64,000 nucleotides of DNA from Azolla caroliniana (lineage: Eukaryota > Plantae > Polypodiophyta): contig JBHGNT010000010.1 in the NCBI GenBank assembly GCA_043228905.1, positions 15,996,001 through 16,060,000 on the forward strand, written 5' to 3'. Below, one piece after another: positions 59,399 to 64,000 of the stretch. The notes under the pieces were generated by a model. The model saw only the letters and a list, made by a program, of their open reading frames with translations. It ran no database searches and was not told the origin of the DNA. Within the stretch, counting starts at the first letter, position 1. The number at the start of each line of letters is the position of its first letter. The position numbers and the translations under genes were made by a program.

Positions 59399-62300
59399 TG
59401 TCGTGAAGAAAACCATCCACAAGCAGAATCGGTGTACCGGAGCGTAGAAACCGACTCTTCATGCACGCGCGCCTTAAGTTGTACATAGGAGATCCTAGGT
59501 AGATTCGGTAGGTAGGGAGTAAAGGGGGAAACGGCTCCTTCCTTGCCTATAAAGGGAGGGAGACGAGGAGAGTAAGGGAATCGCAGAGAGTCGAGGACGA
59601 AGTGCTGTCGGATTGGGCGCGAAGGCTTCTCTCTCTCTCTCTCTCTGGTTCGCAGACTCCATAGCTTCCTTCTGTGCAGGTTTCGGGAGGCTCGCGCTGC
59701 TCCGAGGAATGCCCGAGTGCTTCCGGCAGCACCTCTAACCTATTCCTGTCTTTCTGTGCGTTTACGAACAGGTATCGGCATCTGTCCGTCGGCCTGTTCG
59801 GTTGTAACCGACTTCGTGTTTTGTTTTCTTCGTGTTCTTGTTGTTTGTCTTGTCAATACATACATACTTTCGTGTCTTTCTGTGTCACTGTCCCATTCGC
59901 GTCTTTGCGTCGAAGGGCCGTGTCCCTGTGAACCTACGCTCGCACGTACTGGGTCTCTCTCTCTCTCTCTTACTCTTCGGTACAGGACCCCCGAGGTCCC
60001 GCCTCACTCCACGCATCCGCGAGGAATACCTCGACATATTTGGTGAACCCGATGTGAAAGAGGCGGCAGAAGAGCAGAAGATGAAGGGGTCGGATCTTGC
60101 AGAGGCCATGGATTCGGCCGTGGATCGGATATTGAGCACACGCGAGGGCACTGGTGCCCTCGATAGAGCCATTGAGGCGGTCGTCGGTACGATCGGCCGT
60201 TTCAGCGGAAAGGATGCTACGAGGTATTTGGCGTCCTACGGGGCGGAAATGCTGATGCGGGACATTCCGGAAGAGAGGCGTCTTGCCGGGTTCCCTCGAG
60301 TGGCGATGCCGAGCATCCATGCGGAGGTGCTCGAGGTACGGGCGGAGAGCCGTACCTGGGAGGAGTTCGAAGGCCGACTCCTAGAGAAATATGGGCTGGA
60401 TGACGCGCTCCGGCTTTCGAAACGGGACTTCATGGAATGGGTGGAGTCCCCCGGCAAAGGAAGAAACGCGTTGGCACTCCTCCGGGAGTTCGAAGAATGC
60501 TTTGCGCGCCTTTCGGCGCTTGACCGAACTATCCTGGATACGAGCCGGGTCCTACTGTTCGTCAAGTCGGTGGACGAGCGGGACCGGGATCAAGTCGGCT
60601 CCTTGCTAGAAACTGAAGACGGGTTGACGACCGACTGGGCTGCGGTTAAGAGAGTCTGTGGCCGTTTCGACAAACGGCGAGAATGGGCTGACAACGGGGC
60701 GGCCGGTGCGGGCTCTGTTACAGCAAGGAGGCTTGAACCGGCGCCGCAAGTGCGAAGGGAAGAAACCCGGGAATGGCTCGAAACCGGTCTAGCTTCGACC
60801 AACATGGTCAATGGCTCGTCCGGAGGAGCAGCGCTAGAGGAGTTGACGCGGGCGATAAAGGATCTCCAGATCGCCCAGACTCGAAGGGAAGGCGGCGAAC
60901 CGGCTCTTGACCGACGGCCGACAGCGGGGAACAGGTGCATGTGGTGCGACGAGGTCGGCCACATTCGGAAGGACTGCGGCGATTTCGCAGAGGCGTTGAG
61001 AAACCGGGTGGTGTACCTATGGGAAGGCCGGGTGCACGCTGGCGACACCAGGAGGGCCCTGAGCCGAAACGACGGGCGAGGAGGTATGAAGAGACTGATG
61101 GAAGAGGCAGCGGCCCGACACGTGGAGGCCATCCACTACTCGGCGTCAGCCGGTATTCAGGTCGGGGGCAGCGAGGCCCGAAAGGAGAGTAAAGACGGTT
61201 TCTGGTCGGCAATGCTGGAAGGCCTCACCGGCGCGCGGCTGAAGAAAGATGAAACGGACCGCGCTGAGAGACGGGTCCGGGAAATAACCGGGTGGAGCGA
61301 TCCGGTCGAGGAGAAGACGGGCTTCGTAGAAGCCGCTTGCCGGAATTACGAGGCTCTGGTAGAAGAAAAACGAGTGGGGAAAGCTGGAGCGGCCGGGCCC
61401 TCACAACGGTACGAGACCCGATTCGGGCAACGACGGAACGATGCCGGTGGGCCCGGCCCGCAAGATAACCCCAGGAAGGGCGGGTACCGACTGGGGACAG
61501 AAATAGAAAGGGCTACGGACCTACGAAAGGTCCTAGAAGAACGGATCCTCGACAGCAAAGTGGAGTTGTCATTACGGGAGGTGCTAGGGATCGCCAAGAA
61601 GGAGTTCCACGACTCCATTGTAGACTTGGTGAAACGGAAGAGACTGTCGACGGAGACGGAACCGGAAAAACCGGTGGAGGTGCGGACGACGCACATCAAC
61701 GACTCGGCGCTGGAAGATGAGTGGGCGGAGAGCCACTATTCGAGGCCACACTGGGCCTGAGCAACCACGGAGACCCCGGTAAAAATCGGAGGTGTTCAGG
61801 AACCGGTGGTGGCGTTGGTGGACCACGGTTCGGAAATAAACCTAATGTCCATGGACTTCTATAAGAAGGGAAAGTGGCCGATCAACACCAGACACTCGGG
61901 AAAGACCCCACAATTGTACGATAGGCAGGAGATTTTGCTTCTCCGACAACGGAGGGTGTATGATGGTCGGCATCGTTGGCCGAGAAAAGACAAGGGCGGA
62001 AGAGCGACTTCGAGCGTGCGGAGTTCTCGGCCCGGACGAGGTAATCAGCGGAGCCGTGGAGCCGGTCTCCTTCGACGACACCTTAGGGATGCTGAGGAAG
62101 GTTGCCGGAGAAGACCTTAATGAAGACCGGACGATACCGGTATGTTCCGAAGAGATGTACGAAGAAGTCATCGCGAACTTCAGTCGGGGGCTCGGGTCGG
62201 ATCGGACGGCCCGAGTTAGCACAAAGTACAAGACTGTGGACCGGAAGGTAAGGCCAGTCGTGGCACCCTTACCGGAGGGCAGCGAGTCCCGGATCAGGGG

Positions 62301-64000
62301 GGGTTGCGTCGGACCCCAGTTTACGAGATCCGGCCTGCATAGGACACACCTTCACCGACGGGACGCTCCGGGAGCTCAAAATCGGTGGGGGCGGGTTCCT
62401 ACTGCCGGCGGAGGAAGACCGGTTTCGGAGGATGCTCGGAAGGCACAGGAAAGCCTTCGCATTCTCGCCGGAAGAGATCGGGTGCGTAGACCCGACGATC
62501 GTGGAGCCTATGGTGATATTCACGGTACCGCATGTGCCGTGGAATCTCAAGCCGATTCCGGTACTGAGAGCTCACATCCCGAAGTTGATGGAGCTATTGA
62601 GGCAGAAAGTAGATATGGTCATTCTTGAACCGTCGAGTGCCCCATACTCGAACCGATGGTTTACCGTACCGAAGAAAAACGGAACGTTGCGCTTCATTCA
62701 AGACCTGCAGCCGGTCAACAGAGTGACCATTCGAAACGCAGGAATCGGACCGACCATAGACGAGTTCGCGGAGGCCTTTGACGGAAGGTCGATTTACTCG
62801 GTCGGTGATCTGTACTCAGGGTACGACCAGTTCCAGCTAGCCGTGGAAAGCAGAGACATTACGACGATGCGAACTCCCCTCGGTCTAGTGCGAATGTGTA
62901 CCCTGCCACAAGGAGGGACTAACTCGGTGGCTCACATGGTAAATGCAATGAACAAGGTACTGAGAGATTGCATCCCCGACATCACCATGCCATTTCTGGA
63001 CGACATCCCGATTAAGGGGTGCCCGGTGGAGGAGAAGGAAGAGACAGTCGGGCCGGACGGATGCCGGCGATTCGTGGAGAAACACATCGACGACTGCGAG
63101 AAGGTGTTACAAAGGCTAGAGGATGCTAGGCTCACCTTCTCCGGGGAGAAATCGGCCTTCGGGCAATCGGAAATCCTGGTAGTCGGACACCTATGTGGGC
63201 CATATGGTCGGAAGCCGTCTCCGGCAAAGGTAGAAGCCATCTCCGCAATGAAGACTGACTGTAGCTCGGTTACGGAAGTTCGGAGGTTCCTGGGGGCATG
63301 CGCATTCTACCACATATGGAGCCCACGTTGCGGAGCCGCTATACGGGTTGCTGAAAAAGGGGCAAAGATTCGAGTGGCGAGACGAGCCCACGGGGTCGGT
63401 CCGGAAGCTGAAGGAAGCTCTTGCGGTAGCTCCGGCGCTCCGGAAGGCTGTCTACGAGAAGGGTACCCTGGTATACATAACGGTGGATACGAGCCCGACC
63501 GGGATCGGATGGGTCGTCAACCAAGAAGACGAGGACGGCACCCGGTTCCCGATCTGATTCGGCGCTAAGGTCCTCAGTGAGTGACAGCGAGGGTGCGCCC
63601 AGGTTAAACGTGAACTCTGGGGTATCGTTTCGGCAGTAAAGGCGGACAAAGACTACCTGATCGGGACAGAAGTGATTATCGAGACGGATTGCCTGCCGAT
63701 TCTTGGCATGGTTTCCGGATGCGCGACACCGGACCTGGCGATGCTCAGGTGGATAGCGTACATCAAGTCCCTGGACCCAGAGATACGACACATTTCCGGA
63801 AAGGACAACGCCATGGCCGACATGCTTTCGAGGGCGAGGTTTGATGACGAGGGCGGCATGGTTTCGGAGGATGAAGAAGTCGGCGTGGACTTCTTCGAGG
63901 CGGCGTACGTGACGACTGATGGGACGAGCACTCCGGCACTTAACGACTTCGACGAGAGCAAGTACGACGGCGAGTGGCTCCAGATCGGTGGATTCTTGAG
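59399..64000 (+). mobile_element. Defective Phygy-like element F: 5' LTR 59399-60036, Trp PBS 60041-60057, gag from 60081, pol runs off the window
   Basis: Proteins close to those of B; TGA at 61758, deletion near 61890, frameshifts near 62300 and 63320, further stops near 63555-63583. Confidence 0.93.

Overview
Eukaryotic, very probably moss (Physcomitrium/Funariaceae-like) genomic DNA; the organism is inferred from the gene and transposon repertoire. It holds one host gene: a six-exon Y3IP1/CEST chloroplast gene at 3817-8936, flanked by LINE debris and two hAT-type MITEs. From about 10.9 kb to the end is a deep nest of transposons: Copia pieces on both sides of an assembly gap; several tRNA-Trp-primed Phygy-like Gypsy elements (one intact with apparently identical LTRs, a solo LTR with 105-107 bp arrays, and relics); an Athila-like Gypsy with a long extra ORF; a chromovirus; and an 11.9 kb Sola2-type DNA transposon. 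Most unusual observations: (1) the Athila-like element has no polypurine tract next to its 3' LTR, and instead has a second, oppositely oriented tRNA-Arg primer-binding site, suggesting tRNA priming of both DNA strands; (2) the Sola2 element carries a convergent RING-H2 gene, and the large introns of both its genes are filled with the palindrome TAGCTAATTAGCTA; (3) a plant-virus-type GGAUUUU-UAG -1 frameshift site with a predicted pseudoknot in the Phygy-like element; (4) CpG-centred 4-bp target sites for that family. All family, tRNA and structure assignments were made by eye from recalled consensus sequences; no searches were run.
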